From Patescibacteria group bacterium (GTDB lineage Bacteria > Patescibacteriota > Minisyncoccia > Phycocordibacterales > JACOZG01), in contig JAYEGE010000010.1 in NCBI GenBank assembly GCA_034658935.1, positions 3,903 to 67,902 of the forward strand: a stretch of DNA of 64,000 nt. The letters are read 5' to 3'. Under the pieces are notes generated by a model. That model was not told the DNA's origin, did no database searches, and saw nothing but the letters and a program-made list of their open reading frames with translations. Below are positions 1-9,017 of the stretch, in pieces. Both the position numbers and the translations under genes were made by a program. Numbering within the stretch: the first letter of the stretch is position 1; each line of letters opens with the position of its first letter.

Positions 1-1
1 C

Positions 2-1474
2 GATCTTAACGACAGCAAAGAAGTGACAAGTACGGCCCAGCACGCTGATTACATTAAGAAGGTGAAGACGGCAGTTGTTGCAGGCACTGGAGCCAATTTT
101 AATTATGGAATTCAGACCGGCAATGGTGGCTTTGAAATGGCGAATAATGCTCAAGTGGACGGTAATGTCTACTCTAATGGCAATATCTTAGGTGGTACTG
201 TGACGGGGAGTGCTATCGCCGCCAATAGCATCCCCACGGTGACTGATCAGACCAATGACAGCCCTGCTAATCCACCGAGCGATATTATTTTCAGGAACGA
301 TGATGATACTGAAGACTTGGCTCAGAGTTTCACTGTCGCCGTCGAGGCTCCTATTCGCCAAGTGGAATTGTATATTAAAAAGGTAGGGGCGCCGGCCGAT
401 GCCGTCCTCCAAATAATGTCAGATGGCGCGGGGGAGCCCGGAGATGTTTTGGCCTCCGGCACGCTCTCGGCCGGGGCTGTCGGTTCGGTCTATGCTTGGA
501 TCCCAGTTGCTTTTGATGTTAACCCTTTGCTTACGGCGGGAACTACCTATTGGATAGTGGTTGATAACTCTAGAGATTCTTCCAGTGAATACTATGTGGT
601 TGGGGCCAACGATACCTATGTCGGTGGTGTAGCCAAGGTTGGTGAGTTGGGAGACAAATGGGACGATACCGTACCCGCCGATCTCGATGCCTATTTTAAA
701 ATTTATTTAGGCGGTTTGATGGCTGTCATAGATGACGTCAACGTGGGGAGTGCTGGCGGTGAGGCCTGGGCCCACACTGTTACTGACTCCAACGTGCTGG
801 GCGAGTTATATTGTCAGGTGGAGAGTGGGAATAATAAGGCTTGCGATACGTCTCGTGCTGATCCCACCCCGCAAGCAATGCCGATCTCTGATGCTAATAT
901 CGCTGAGTTTAAGGCCCAGGCAGAGTTGGGCGGTGTCTTCATTGGTGACTATGTCGCCTCTGGCACTACCATAGGCCCTCTTAGGATCACGGGCGATCTG
1001 ATCTTTAATAACAGTGACGACTTGATAATCTCCGGCACTATTTGGGCTGAAGGTAATTTAATTCTAACCTCTGGGGCTAATGGCAAACTGGTAACTCTGG
1101 ATGCTTCTTATGAAGAGAATGGTGGGGTTATCGTTCTAGATGGTTATGCCGATTTAGCCAATGGCGCTATATTTAATGGTACTGGTCAGGAGGGGAGCTA
1201 TATCATGCTGCTAACTACCAGCGATTGCGACCCTAGCAATGCTTGCGGGCATTATGCTATCGATGTGCCCAATAACGCCGGCACAATAATCCTCAATGCC
1301 CAATGGGGAACGCTGCATTTCAAGAACAATTCTGGCGCTAAGGAGGCTACGGCCTATAAGATTGTTATGGACAATGAGGCTACGGTTATTTACGAGAGTG
1401 GGTTAACTAATATTAATTTTACCTCTGGCCCTTCTGGCGGCTGGCAGATTAATAGTTGGCGGGAAGTTGAGTAG
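2..1474 (+). CDS. Gly/Asn/Thr-rich repetitive putative surface or secreted protein. It is truncated at the 5' end: the ORF is open to the window start.
   Basis: The reading frame is open from nt 2 with no upstream stop. Composition is low-complexity G/N/T/S-rich with repeated GxxNxxG-type segments typical of beta-helix surface proteins. No recognisable enzyme motifs. Confidence 0.45.
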   Translation, partial: DLNDSKEVTSTAQHADYIKKVKTAVVAGTGANFNYGIQTGNGGFEMANNAQVDGNVYSNGNILGGTVTGSAIAANSIPTVTDQTNDSPANPPSDIIFRNDDDTEDLAQSFTVAVEAPIRQVELYIKKVGAPADAVLQIMSDGAGEPGDVLASGTLSAGAVGSVYAWIPVAFDVNPLLTAGTTYWIVVDNSRDSSSEYYVVGANDTYVGGVAKVGELGDKWDDTVPADLDAYFKIYLGGLMAVIDDVNVGSAGGEAWAHTVTDSNVLGELYCQVESGNNKACDTSRADPTPQAMPISDANIAEFKAQAELGGVFIGDYVASGTTIGPLRITGDLIFNNSDDLIISGTIWAEGNLILTSGANGKLVTLDASYEENGGVIVLDGYADLANGAIFNGTGQEGSYIMLLTTSDCDPSNACGHYAIDVPNNAGTIILNAQWGTLHFKNNSGAKEATAYKIVMDNEATVIYESGLTNINFTSGPSGGWQINSWREVE

Positions 1475-1496
1475 GTTTTTGTGATACAATAAATCG

Positions 1497-2273
1497 GTGC
1501 GACGTAAACTAATAGTTGCTAATTGGAAGTCTAATCCGGAAAGCTGGCGAGAGGCCAAAGCGATTTTGGCGCCCCTGAAACGGACGATCAAGAACCTAAC
1601 TAAAGTAGAGGCTATAATTTGTCCTCCAGCTATCTTTTTACCAGACTCTTTCACTTTGATTTCTAAAACCCAGCGCTTATCTCTCGGCGCTCAGGATGCC
1701 TTTTGGGAACCAACGGGGCCTTATACCGGCCAAGTGTCGGCGGCCATGTTGCGGAAGGCAGGCGCCAAATACGTTATTTTAGGTCATTCTGAACGTCGAG
1801 CCTTGGGTGAAAACAATGGGCAAACTAATCTCAAAATCAAAGCTGCTCTGAAGGAGGGTTTGCGGGTGATTTTCTGTGTAGGAGAGAAAGAGCGAGATCA
1901 GCATGGCTTTTATTTAAAGACTCTAAAACAGCAACTAGAGGATGGCCTAAAGGGCATTCCCCGTAAATGGTTAGCCGACTTGGTAGTGGCCTATGAGCCA
2001 GTCTGGTCTGTCGGCGCCAAGGCGCGGCGGGTTGATACCCCGGCCGATTTCGTCGAACAGGCGATTTTTATTAAGAAAGTGGCGAGCGGATTTATTGGCA
2101 ATGAAGCGGCTCGCAAACTGCCAGTACTTTATGGTGGCTCAGTTTCCCCCAAGAATGCTAGCGGTTTCTTAAGTGTCGGTGAGGCCGACGGTCTCTTGGT
2201 CGGTCGCGCTTCCCTTTGCGCCGATAAGTTTTCTGATATTTTACGTCAGGCCAACGAGGCGAAGAGTCTATGA
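1497..2273 (+). CDS. tpiA: Triosephosphate isomerase
   Basis: N-terminal KLIVANWK and the AYEPVWSVG (AYEPxWAIG) TIM signature. The start codon is GTG. Its stop overlaps the pgk start (ATGA). Confidence 0.9.
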   Translation: MRRKLIVANWKSNPESWREAKAILAPLKRTIKNLTKVEAIICPPAIFLPDSFTLISKTQRLSLGAQDAFWEPTGPYTGQVSAAMLRKAGAKYVILGHSERRALGENNGQTNLKIKAALKEGLRVIFCVGEKERDQHGFYLKTLKQQLEDGLKGIPRKWLADLVVAYEPVWSVGAKARRVDTPADFVEQAIFIKKVASGFIGNEAARKLPVLYGGSVSPKNASGFLSVGEADGLLVGRASLCADKFSDILRQANEAKSL

Positions 2274-3415
2274 GCCCACTTATTTCTGTCAAACAATTAA
2301 GTAGCGAGGAACTCAAGGGTAAGCGAGTGCTTTTGCGCTCCAATCTTAATGTTCCTGTCAATGCAGGTGAGGTGGTGAATGCCTTCCGCCTGGAGAAGGC
2401 TCAGCCCACCATTGAGTGGCTGATTGAGCGGGGGGCCAAAGTATTACTCTTAGGACATTTGAGTCGCCAAGATGGTAGCTTGCGTCCAGTTGCTGAATAT
2501 TTTAATAGATCTTTTCCTACCAGCTTTATTGAATCGATCGATGACCTAGACACCTTCGCTGATAAGTCCGAAGCGGTGGTGGTTTTGGAAAATCTGCGTC
2601 ATCGACCTGGCGAGATAGCTAACGATCCAGAGTTCGCTAAGCGCTTAGTGTCTGTTGGCGATCTTTATGTTAATGATGACTTCACTGTTTCCCATCGTCG
2701 CCATACCTCAATTATTGGTTTACCAACTCTCCTGCCTAGTTATGCTGGTCTTGGTTTTGTAGACGAGGTTGAGCATCTTTCTGTTGCCCTGGAGCCAGAG
2801 AAGCCCTTTGTCCTTATCCTTGGTGGTGCTAAGTTCGATACTAAAGTGCCTCTGGTCAAAAAGTTTTTGCCACTTGCCGATAGGATTTTTATTGGCGGCG
2901 CTTTGGCCTCTAGTTGGTTGAAAGTAAGCGGTAAGGAGGTCGGCTCTTCCTTGGTTGATAATGATTTAGAGATACTCAAACCTTTTTTGTCGGCTGAGCA
3001 GATCATGGTTCCTGTCGATGTGATTATCAAGACGGCGAACGATGAAATAAAGATGGTTGGGGTTGACGAGGTGCCCGCTGATGCAAGTATTGTCGACATT
3101 GGGCCGAAGTCTTTGAGAGTTTTGGCCGCCGACTTGAGTGGAGCCAAAACTATTCTCTGGAACGGCCCTTTGGGTTATTTCGAAGAAGGTTTTTCAACCG
3201 CGACAGAAGAATTGGCTCACACTCTTTCAGATAGTCAGGCTAAAACAATAATTGGTGGCGGTGATACTGTTGCCGCGATCGAGGGACTTAAGCTAATGGA
3301 TAAATTTACCTTTGTCTCTACTGCTGGCGGTGCGATGCTTGATTTCCTGGCCGACGGCGCCCTGCCAGGCATCACCGCCCTGAAAGAGAGCCAACAAAAA
3401 TTCAATATCAAATAA
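2270..3415 (+). CDS. pgk: Phosphoglycerate kinase
   Basis: Contains RSNLNVP, ILGGAKFDTK (the GGAKV motif) and GGGDT. Length is 381 aa. It is translationally coupled to tpiA. Confidence 0.9.
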   Translation: MSPLISVKQLSSEELKGKRVLLRSNLNVPVNAGEVVNAFRLEKAQPTIEWLIERGAKVLLLGHLSRQDGSLRPVAEYFNRSFPTSFIESIDDLDTFADKSEAVVVLENLRHRPGEIANDPEFAKRLVSVGDLYVNDDFTVSHRRHTSIIGLPTLLPSYAGLGFVDEVEHLSVALEPEKPFVLILGGAKFDTKVPLVKKFLPLADRIFIGGALASSWLKVSGKEVGSSLVDNDLEILKPFLSAEQIMVPVDVIIKTANDEIKMVGVDEVPADASIVDIGPKSLRVLAADLSGAKTILWNGPLGYFEEGFSTATEELAHTLSDSQAKTIIGGGDTVAAIEGLKLMDKFTFVSTAGGAMLDFLADGALPGITALKESQQKFNIK

Positions 3416-3491
3416 TTACTCCTTTCAATTTTAAAGAATTTACGGTCGTAGGTTTTGTAAGACTCCAAGATCGGGTTCAAAATCAGGGCTG

Positions 3492-3881
3492 TTATTCTTG
3501 TAGCTCCTGTCGTAGTAGGCGGGCGTTTTGTTCGAAGTCCTCTTTTGCGCCCTTGGTGAAATCGGGGCCAGGGAAAACCCAAATATGGGCGTGGGAGATT
3601 TCGTCCCCAACTATTTTTGATAAGATCCAATTGGTGCCGAAGACCTCTCGTTGAGCTAGAGCTATTTTGTGAGCTACTCGAAAATACTCACTGCTATTGC
3701 CCGGGACATCGGCTTGGGTGGGCAGATCCCAGACCCAACGATAATGTTTCTTGGGAATAACTTGAACGTGGCCGGGGGATTGGGGGTGGGCGTCTAAGAA
3801 AGCCAAGAAATTATCGTCCTCGTAGACAATATTAGCGGGGATTTCTTTGTTGGCAATTTTGCAGAAGATACAATCACTCAT
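3492..3881 (-). CDS. HIT-family (histidine triad) nucleotide hydrolase
   Basis: Contains [12 protein letters not shown] and the histidine triad ISHAHIWVF (HxHxHxx). Confidence 0.8.
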   Translation of the reverse strand: MSDCIFCKIANKEIPANIVYEDDNFLAFLDAHPQSPGHVQVIPKKHYRWVWDLPTQADVPGNSSEYFRVAHKIALAQREVFGTNWILSKIVGDEISHAHIWVFPGPDFTKGAKEDFEQNARLLRQELQE

Positions 3882-3934
3882 GAGTCGATTTTAACATAAA
3901 AGAGCTCGCTCTGTGTTACCATTAAGCTCTATTT

Positions 3935-5725
3935 ATGGCTAAGAAATGGCGGCTTTTACCGCAAAAAGAGGGGGATCTACAGAGTCAGCTACTCGCTAAT
4001 CGCGGCCTATCTAAGGGTGAATGGGGTGATTGGCTGGAGCCGAACTATGAGCGAGATGTCCACGATCCCTTCTTAATGAAGGATATGGACAAGGCCATTA
4101 AACTGGTTCTTGAAAGTGTGGAGCGCGGCGATCGGATCGCCATCTTTGCTGACTATGATGCTGACGGAGTGCCGGGTGCGGTGATCCTGTCAGAATGGTT
4201 AAAGCGAGTTGGTCATACTAATTACGAAGTTTATATTCCTCATCGTCATGAAGAAGATTATGGGCTCTCTATCAAAGCGATAGAGGGATTGGCGGCCAAT
4301 GGCTGCAAGATTTTAATTACTATTGATTGTGGGATTACTAATGTTGCTGAAGTGGCGCGAGCTAAGGAGTTAGGAATGAAAGTTATTGTTACTGATCATC
4401 ATCTCTTATCGGATACGGTTCCATCCGCAGATGCAATTCTTAACCCCAAACAAGCGGACGACGAGTATCCGGAAAAAATGCTCTGCGGCGCCGGAGTCAT
4501 TTTCAAATTGGCGCAAGGACTACTAAAGGCCACAACGAGTGGGGCAGATTTTCGCGGCTTTACCCTAAAGGGCTCCCTGCCCGAAGTTGCTACATCGTCG
4601 CAGGCGGGCGACGCCGAGTCTCCGCCGCCCACCAAAGCAGATGACGCCAAGTCTGCACTCGCGTTTGGAAAATGGCTGCTCGACTTAGTGGCGATTGCTA
4701 CCGTTGGCGACATGGTGCCATTGCGTGGTGAGAATAGGGCCCTAGCTTATTTTGGTCTTAAGGTATTGCGCCGCACTCGTCGCCCTGGGCTCATTAGTCT
4801 CTACCGCCTATTGCGCCTGGACCCAACGCATCTTACTGAAGATGATATTGGTTTCTCGATTGCTCCGCGGATTAATTCGGCCAGTCGGATGACTCATGCC
4901 GAAGAGGCTTATGAGCTCTTGAGTACCGCTGACCCGGCTCGAGCGATGGTCCTGGCCGAGCATTTAGAAAAAAAGAATAAGGAACGGAAGCAATGGGTGG
5001 AGAAGATTCTACAAGACGAAGCGGTGCTGGAAATTGCCCAGCAGGACTCGCCGGTACTGGTGGCGGGGAGTGAGGATTGGAACTTGGGTGTGTTGGGTTT
5101 GGCCTGTGCTCGCTTGGCGGAAGAGCATTATCGTCCCGTCTTCCTTTGGGGTAAGAATGGTAGTGGGTTAATAAAGGGCTCTTGCCGTTCAGATGGCAAT
5201 ATTAATGTGGTTGAATTGATGAAGGGCGCCGCTGAGGGCTTATTTGCTAAGCAAGGTGGCCATGCGATGGCGGGTGGCTTCTCCGTCACGCCTGAGCGCT
5301 TGGGCGAGTTGTCTGATGAACTTAATAAGTCTTACGCCAAGTTAACTGCCGGCTCTGACGAGATTGAGGAAGCAGAATTGCCACTCGATTATGTTTTGCG
5401 GCTGGCTGATATTAATGAAGACACTAATGCTCTGGTCTCCGCCCTCGCTCCTTACGGGATGGGTTTTAATAAGCCGCTCTTCTTATTGTCGCAGGTTAAA
5501 TTGCTGGGGCGGCGCAGTTTCGGGGCCACTAATAATCACTTAGAGCTAACGGTGGGGGATGGTGAGTTTTCAGTTAAGGCGGTGGCCTTCTTCCAAGCGA
5601 ACACCTTCACTGATATTTTAAATAATCACTCGATGCTCGACTTGGCTGTCCACTTAGAAAAGAGTTATTTCCGTGGCCGCCCCGAACTCCGTCTCCGCCT
5701 CACCGACCTCCGCCCCTCAGGCTAG
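3935..5725 (+). CDS. recJ: Single-stranded-DNA-specific exonuclease RecJ (DHH/DHHA1 family)
   Basis: Contains IFADYDADGV (DHH motif I), VTDHH (DHH motif) and a C-terminal DHHA1-like region. Length is 596 aa. Confidence 0.85.
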   Translation: MAKKWRLLPQKEGDLQSQLLANRGLSKGEWGDWLEPNYERDVHDPFLMKDMDKAIKLVLESVERGDRIAIFADYDADGVPGAVILSEWLKRVGHTNYEVYIPHRHEEDYGLSIKAIEGLAANGCKILITIDCGITNVAEVARAKELGMKVIVTDHHLLSDTVPSADAILNPKQADDEYPEKMLCGAGVIFKLAQGLLKATTSGADFRGFTLKGSLPEVATSSQAGDAESPPPTKADDAKSALAFGKWLLDLVAIATVGDMVPLRGENRALAYFGLKVLRRTRRPGLISLYRLLRLDPTHLTEDDIGFSIAPRINSASRMTHAEEAYELLSTADPARAMVLAEHLEKKNKERKQWVEKILQDEAVLEIAQQDSPVLVAGSEDWNLGVLGLACARLAEEHYRPVFLWGKNGSGLIKGSCRSDGNINVVELMKGAAEGLFAKQGGHAMAGGFSVTPERLGELSDELNKSYAKLTAGSDEIEEAELPLDYVLRLADINEDTNALVSALAPYGMGFNKPLFLLSQVKLLGRRSFGATNNHLELTVGDGEFSVKAVAFFQANTFTDILNNHSMLDLAVHLEKSYFRGRPELRLRLTDLRPSG

Positions 5726-5771
5726 GCATAAAATGTTCGAAGTTGAATTTCCAACATTGAGCCGCAACTGT

Positions 5772-5802
5772 CAACTGTTCAGAGCTCGGCTCTGAACAGT
5801 TG
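5772..5802. repeat. Hairpin CAACTGTTCAGAGC-TCG-GCTCTGAACAGTTG. It is copy 1 of the TTCAGAGCTCGGCTCTGAA family.
   Basis: A perfect 14-bp inverted repeat around TCG lies just downstream of the recJ stop. A near-identical element occurs at 40333-40367. Confidence 0.8.
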
Positions 5803-5863
5803 GAATTTAGATCCGCTGCCACGGATCCACAAGTGACTAAAATCGTAGGCACCTACTCTGAAT

Positions 5864-5901
5864 GTGGACACCGAGTGTCTGGGAGTGCGACACTTGGTGT
5901 C
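5864..5901. repeat. Composite palindromic element of the GGACAC-N3-GTGTCC family. Loop is TGGGAGTGC (inverted orientation).
   Basis: The sequence GGACACCGAGTGTC-TGGGAGTGC-GACACTTGGTGTC is read directly. It is the reverse complement of the elements at 6926 and 47601. Confidence 0.8.
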
Positions 5902-6172
5902 TTGTCTTGATTGGACTATTGGGTTAAACGATTTGGATATGAGATGATTGGGCCGATGAATTTCGAGAATCCCAAAAAGTGGGTTATCTTGTGCGCCCCC
6001 ATCGCGGCTATCTCACCTATATTGTGTGATGGATCGAGATGTTACCCGGTTACCGACCCAGATACCGCCGTGGGCGGTTTTGTCTACGATCATTAGGCTG
6101 CCCCAGAACCGGCTGCGAATGTTTCTTCGACAATGTCTGACGTGCTGGTTGGCTTTTTGGGCGATTCCTAAA

Positions 6173-6207
6173 GACACAATTTGGACACGAAGTGTCCAAA
6201 TTGTGTC
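6173..6207. repeat. Perfect palindrome GACACAATTTGGACAC-GAA-GTGTCCAAATTGTGTC
   Basis: 16-bp arms with a 3-nt spacer. Core TTGGACAC-N3-GTGTCCAA. Confidence 0.85.
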
Positions 6208-6234
6208 CAAATTCTATATTTTCCCAGTGCGGCC

Positions 6235-6699
6235 TTATTCCAATTCCTTAAACTCGAACGCCTCGCTGTAATCTCCTCCCACCCCGCTAATGACACTCGC
6301 AAATTTGTTGCCAAATAGATCCTGGTAGACAAGGGTGATAGAATTACTCTCTTTCGCAAACAACTCCTCAATCAGATTTCTTGCGTATGGGAGTTTCTGT
6401 TTTATCTTATCTTTATCTATCTGGTTCAGGTCTGTTTGTTTGATAGAGCCAATACCGCCGACAGGTAGGTTTCCTACAACCATGCCTTCAGATGATAACA
6501 ACATCACGCCGTCTGGATTTCCTCGGATTATCACAATATTGAAAGCCGGTCCGTTTCCTACGTTTGTAAATTTAAACGGCTGTAAGTACTCCCCAAGGAA
6601 AGTTAACACCGACCTAGAGCCAATTTGATTCGCCTTTATTGCTTCCTTCGCAATATTCCTAGTGTGCCAAGTGTAAATTGCCAGCACAATTAGCGTCAA
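6235..6699 (-). CDS. Hypothetical protein with an N-terminal transmembrane helix. Start is TTG or CTG, not ATG.
   Basis: A 154-aa ORF with a hydrophobic N-terminus (LIVLAIYTW) followed by a soluble domain. No ATG start and no recognisable family. It lies inside the repeat-rich region between recJ and rnhA. Confidence 0.35.
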   Translation of the reverse strand: MTLIVLAIYTWHTRNIAKEAIKANQIGSRSVLTFLGEYLQPFKFTNVGNGPAFNIVIIRGNPDGVMLLSSEGMVVGNLPVGGIGSIKQTDLNQIDKDKIKQKLPYARNLIEELFAKESNSITLVYQDLFGNKFASVISGVGGDYSEAFEFKELE

Positions 6700-6862
6700 C
6701 GCCAGAGCAATGAACGTTCAAAACTCAATCGAGCAAAGGTTTCCTTTAAATTGGGTGCCCATATTTGTGTTTAGTTGACTTGTTTTCGTTTGAACTTTAC
6801 TCCCGCATGGCAACAATAATCCCATGCTCGACTAGAGTCAAGGTTCTTCTCAGGCCCGACCT

Positions 6863-6893
6863 CGAAATTTGGACACGCAGTGTCCAAATTCGT
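6863..6893. repeat. Palindrome CGAAATTTGGACAC-GCA-GTGTCCAAATTCG
   Basis: Same TTGGACAC-N3-GTGTCCAA core; arms match except for one missing T. Confidence 0.8.
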
Positions 6894-6925
6894 CGATCTC
6901 CGCCCCTCTGGCCAGGCATGACCGA

Positions 6926-6968
6926 CTTGGACACTTAGTGTCGCACTCCCAGACACTAAGTGTCCAAG
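6926..6968. repeat. Composite palindromic element CTTGGACACTTAGTGTC-GCACTCCCA-GACACTAAGTGTCCAAG
   Basis: Perfect 17-bp arms around a 9-nt loop. Each arm is itself a GACAC..GTGTC mini-palindrome. Confidence 0.85.
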
Positions 6969-6995
6969 TTGGAGGGAGTTTGGTATATTAGATAA

Positions 6996-7439
6996 ATGCA
7001 AAAGATTTTTTTAAACACTGATGGTGGGTCACGAGGAAATCCGGGGATAGCCGGCGCAGGGGCGGCGATTTCTAACGAGAGCGGCGAGGTGCTCCAGAGG
7101 GCCAGCAAGGCCCTAGGCACGATGACAAATAACGAGGCCGAGTACAGCGCTCTAATCTTGGGCTTAGAGACCGCCAAGAAGATGCTAGGTAAGGAGAAAG
7201 CCAAACAAGCGGAAGTGGTGGCCAGACTAGATAGCGAATTAGTCACTAAACAATTGAATGGCGAGTATCAAATCAAAGAGGAACGGCTCTTCCCACTCTT
7301 TATTAGAATTTGGAACATGCGCGTAGCCAACTTCGGGCAATTAAGCTTCACTTATGTTCCCCGAGAACAAAACAAAGTGGCAGATCAATTGGCCAACGAG
7401 GCAATGGATCAGCAAACAAAACAGGCTCCGCTAATGTAA
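6996..7439 (+). CDS. rnhA: Ribonuclease HI
   Basis: Contains NTDGGSRGNPGIAGAG (the TDGSxxGNPG motif) and a C-terminal DQLAN region. Length is 147 aa. Confidence 0.85.
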   Translation: MQKIFLNTDGGSRGNPGIAGAGAAISNESGEVLQRASKALGTMTNNEAEYSALILGLETAKKMLGKEKAKQAEVVARLDSELVTKQLNGEYQIKEERLFPLFIRIWNMRVANFGQLSFTYVPREQNKVADQLANEAMDQQTKQAPLM

Positions 7440-7458
7440 CCCATCTCTCCCCCTAAAA

Positions 7459-7481
7459 TGTTAAACACTCGGTGTTTAACA
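7459..7481. repeat. Palindrome TGTTAAACAC-TCG-GTGTTTAACA immediately upstream of the comEC start
   Basis: A perfect 10-bp inverted repeat with a 3-nt spacer. It is a sequence variant of the TTGGACAC-N3-GTGTCCAA architecture and a candidate operator. Confidence 0.6.
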
Positions 7482-7485
7482 CTAT

Positions 7486-8997
7486 GTGATTATGGCGTCT
7501 CGATATGTTCTTGGTATCGCGCTCGGTTTTTTCAGTGGGGTTATTTTGGCTACCTGGTGGGGTGGCATTGATTGGGCCCTAGCTGGTTTCCTGGTCTTGG
7601 TATCTCTGGTGTTACTCGCTACTCGTTACTTGGTCAGCGATAGGCCGCGGCTCTTTCTCTGTTTAGCATTGATATTAATTGGTGTAGCGCTCGGCGCAGG
7701 CCGTCTATGGTTAAATTTCGATGACACCTATCTGAAATTGGCCTCGCAGGCAGACCAGAAGGTGCAATTAGAGGGGGTAGTGGTGGAGGAACCGGACCAA
7801 CGAGATGATTATACTCGTTTGATTGTCCGCCTAAAGGACGAAGATTTTAAAATCTTAATCACTGCCCCACTCTACCCAACCTATCGTTATGGTGATGAGC
7901 TGGCGCTCACTGGTAAGCTGCGCCGCCCAGAGAATTTTACCGGTGACGCTGGGCGAGAATTCGATTACGTTAATTACTTGGCTAAGGATGATATTCGTTA
8001 TCAACTCTACCAACCAGGGGTAACTCTTCTGGCCCGCGACCAAGGTAATTGGTTGAAGGGCGGCTTACTTAAAATAAAGGGCGCTTTTCTGGGGCGAGTT
8101 AATTTAATCCTCCCTGAGCCGGAAAGCTCGCTCTTGGCTGGCCTACTCTTGGGCACTAAACAATCTCTTGGTAGTGAGTGGCTAGAGCGTTTCCAAATAG
8201 CTGGTGTTTCGCACATTATTGTCCTCTCTGGTTATAACGTTACAATCATTGCCGACAACCTTATTAAGTTCTTTGCTTTTATTCCCGCCTTACCCCGAGC
8301 GGCCGGTTGGTCGCTTGGTGGGTTATCCATAATTCTCTTTGCCATTATGACTGGCGCCGGGCCCACTGTGCTTCGCGCTTCTCTGATGGCGCTTATTGCT
8401 CTCTTTGGTCGAGCAACGGGGCGGGTTTACGATGCTAGTCTGGCTCTCCTCATTGCCGCTTTAATGATGGTGCTCATCAACCCCCAGATTCTGGTTTACG
8501 ATATCGGCTTCCAACTCTCTTTCTTGGCCACTCTCGGTTTAATTTATCTTTTGCCGGCTTTGGAACGTAGTTTTTCTTGGTTGGCCCCAAGAAAGGTTAT
8601 GAAAATTATGCGGACTTGGTGGGCCTTAGTCCGAGAGGGGATTCGTTCTATTGCTGTCTCTACTATTGCCGCTCAGATTGCTGTCCTGCCCTGGCTGCTC
8701 TATAAGATGGGAATCCTTTCTTTCGTTGCTTTGCCGGCCAATCTCCTCATCCTTGCTTCTATTCCCTTAACTATGTTCTTTGGTTTATTCGCTGGTTTAC
8801 TTGCTTTCATCTCCACCTGGTTGGCCTGGCCCTTTGCCCTCCTGGCCCACGCCTTTCTCTCCTACCAATTATTAGTCGTCCAATTCCTTTCTGACATTCC
8901 CCTCGCCGCCATCAACATCCCTCTCTTCCCTTGGTGGGCGGCTGTTTTGGCCTATGTCCTGCTTGGTTATTGGATCGCTAGACCGAAATTGCCCTAG
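7486..8997 (+). CDS. comEC: ComEC/Rec2 competence protein, N-terminal part (DUF4131 plus competence membrane domain)
   Basis: A multi-TM protein with GVSHIIVLSGYNV (ComEC competence-domain motif). It ends at a stop 20 nt before the separate MBL-domain ORF, which is in a different frame. Confidence 0.75.
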   Translation: MIMASRYVLGIALGFFSGVILATWWGGIDWALAGFLVLVSLVLLATRYLVSDRPRLFLCLALILIGVALGAGRLWLNFDDTYLKLASQADQKVQLEGVVVEEPDQRDDYTRLIVRLKDEDFKILITAPLYPTYRYGDELALTGKLRRPENFTGDAGREFDYVNYLAKDDIRYQLYQPGVTLLARDQGNWLKGGLLKIKGAFLGRVNLILPEPESSLLAGLLLGTKQSLGSEWLERFQIAGVSHIIVLSGYNVTIIADNLIKFFAFIPALPRAAGWSLGGLSIILFAIMTGAGPTVLRASLMALIALFGRATGRVYDASLALLIAALMMVLINPQILVYDIGFQLSFLATLGLIYLLPALERSFSWLAPRKVMKIMRTWWALVREGIRSIAVSTIAAQIAVLPWLLYKMGILSFVALPANLLILASIPLTMFFGLFAGLLAFISTWLAWPFALLAHAFLSYQLLVVQFLSDIPLAAINIPLFPWWAAVLAYVLLGYWIARPKLP

Positions 8998-9017
8998 GTT
9001 TTTGTTATCCTTAAATC

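Noticed and set aside
6181-6199. Sigma-54-type promoter suggested by TGGACA-like sequence
   Set aside because: The sigma-54 consensus is TGGCAC-N5-TTGC. The element is instead a perfect dyad (TTGGACAC-N3-GTGTCCAA) repeated at many loci, so it is not a -24/-12 promoter.
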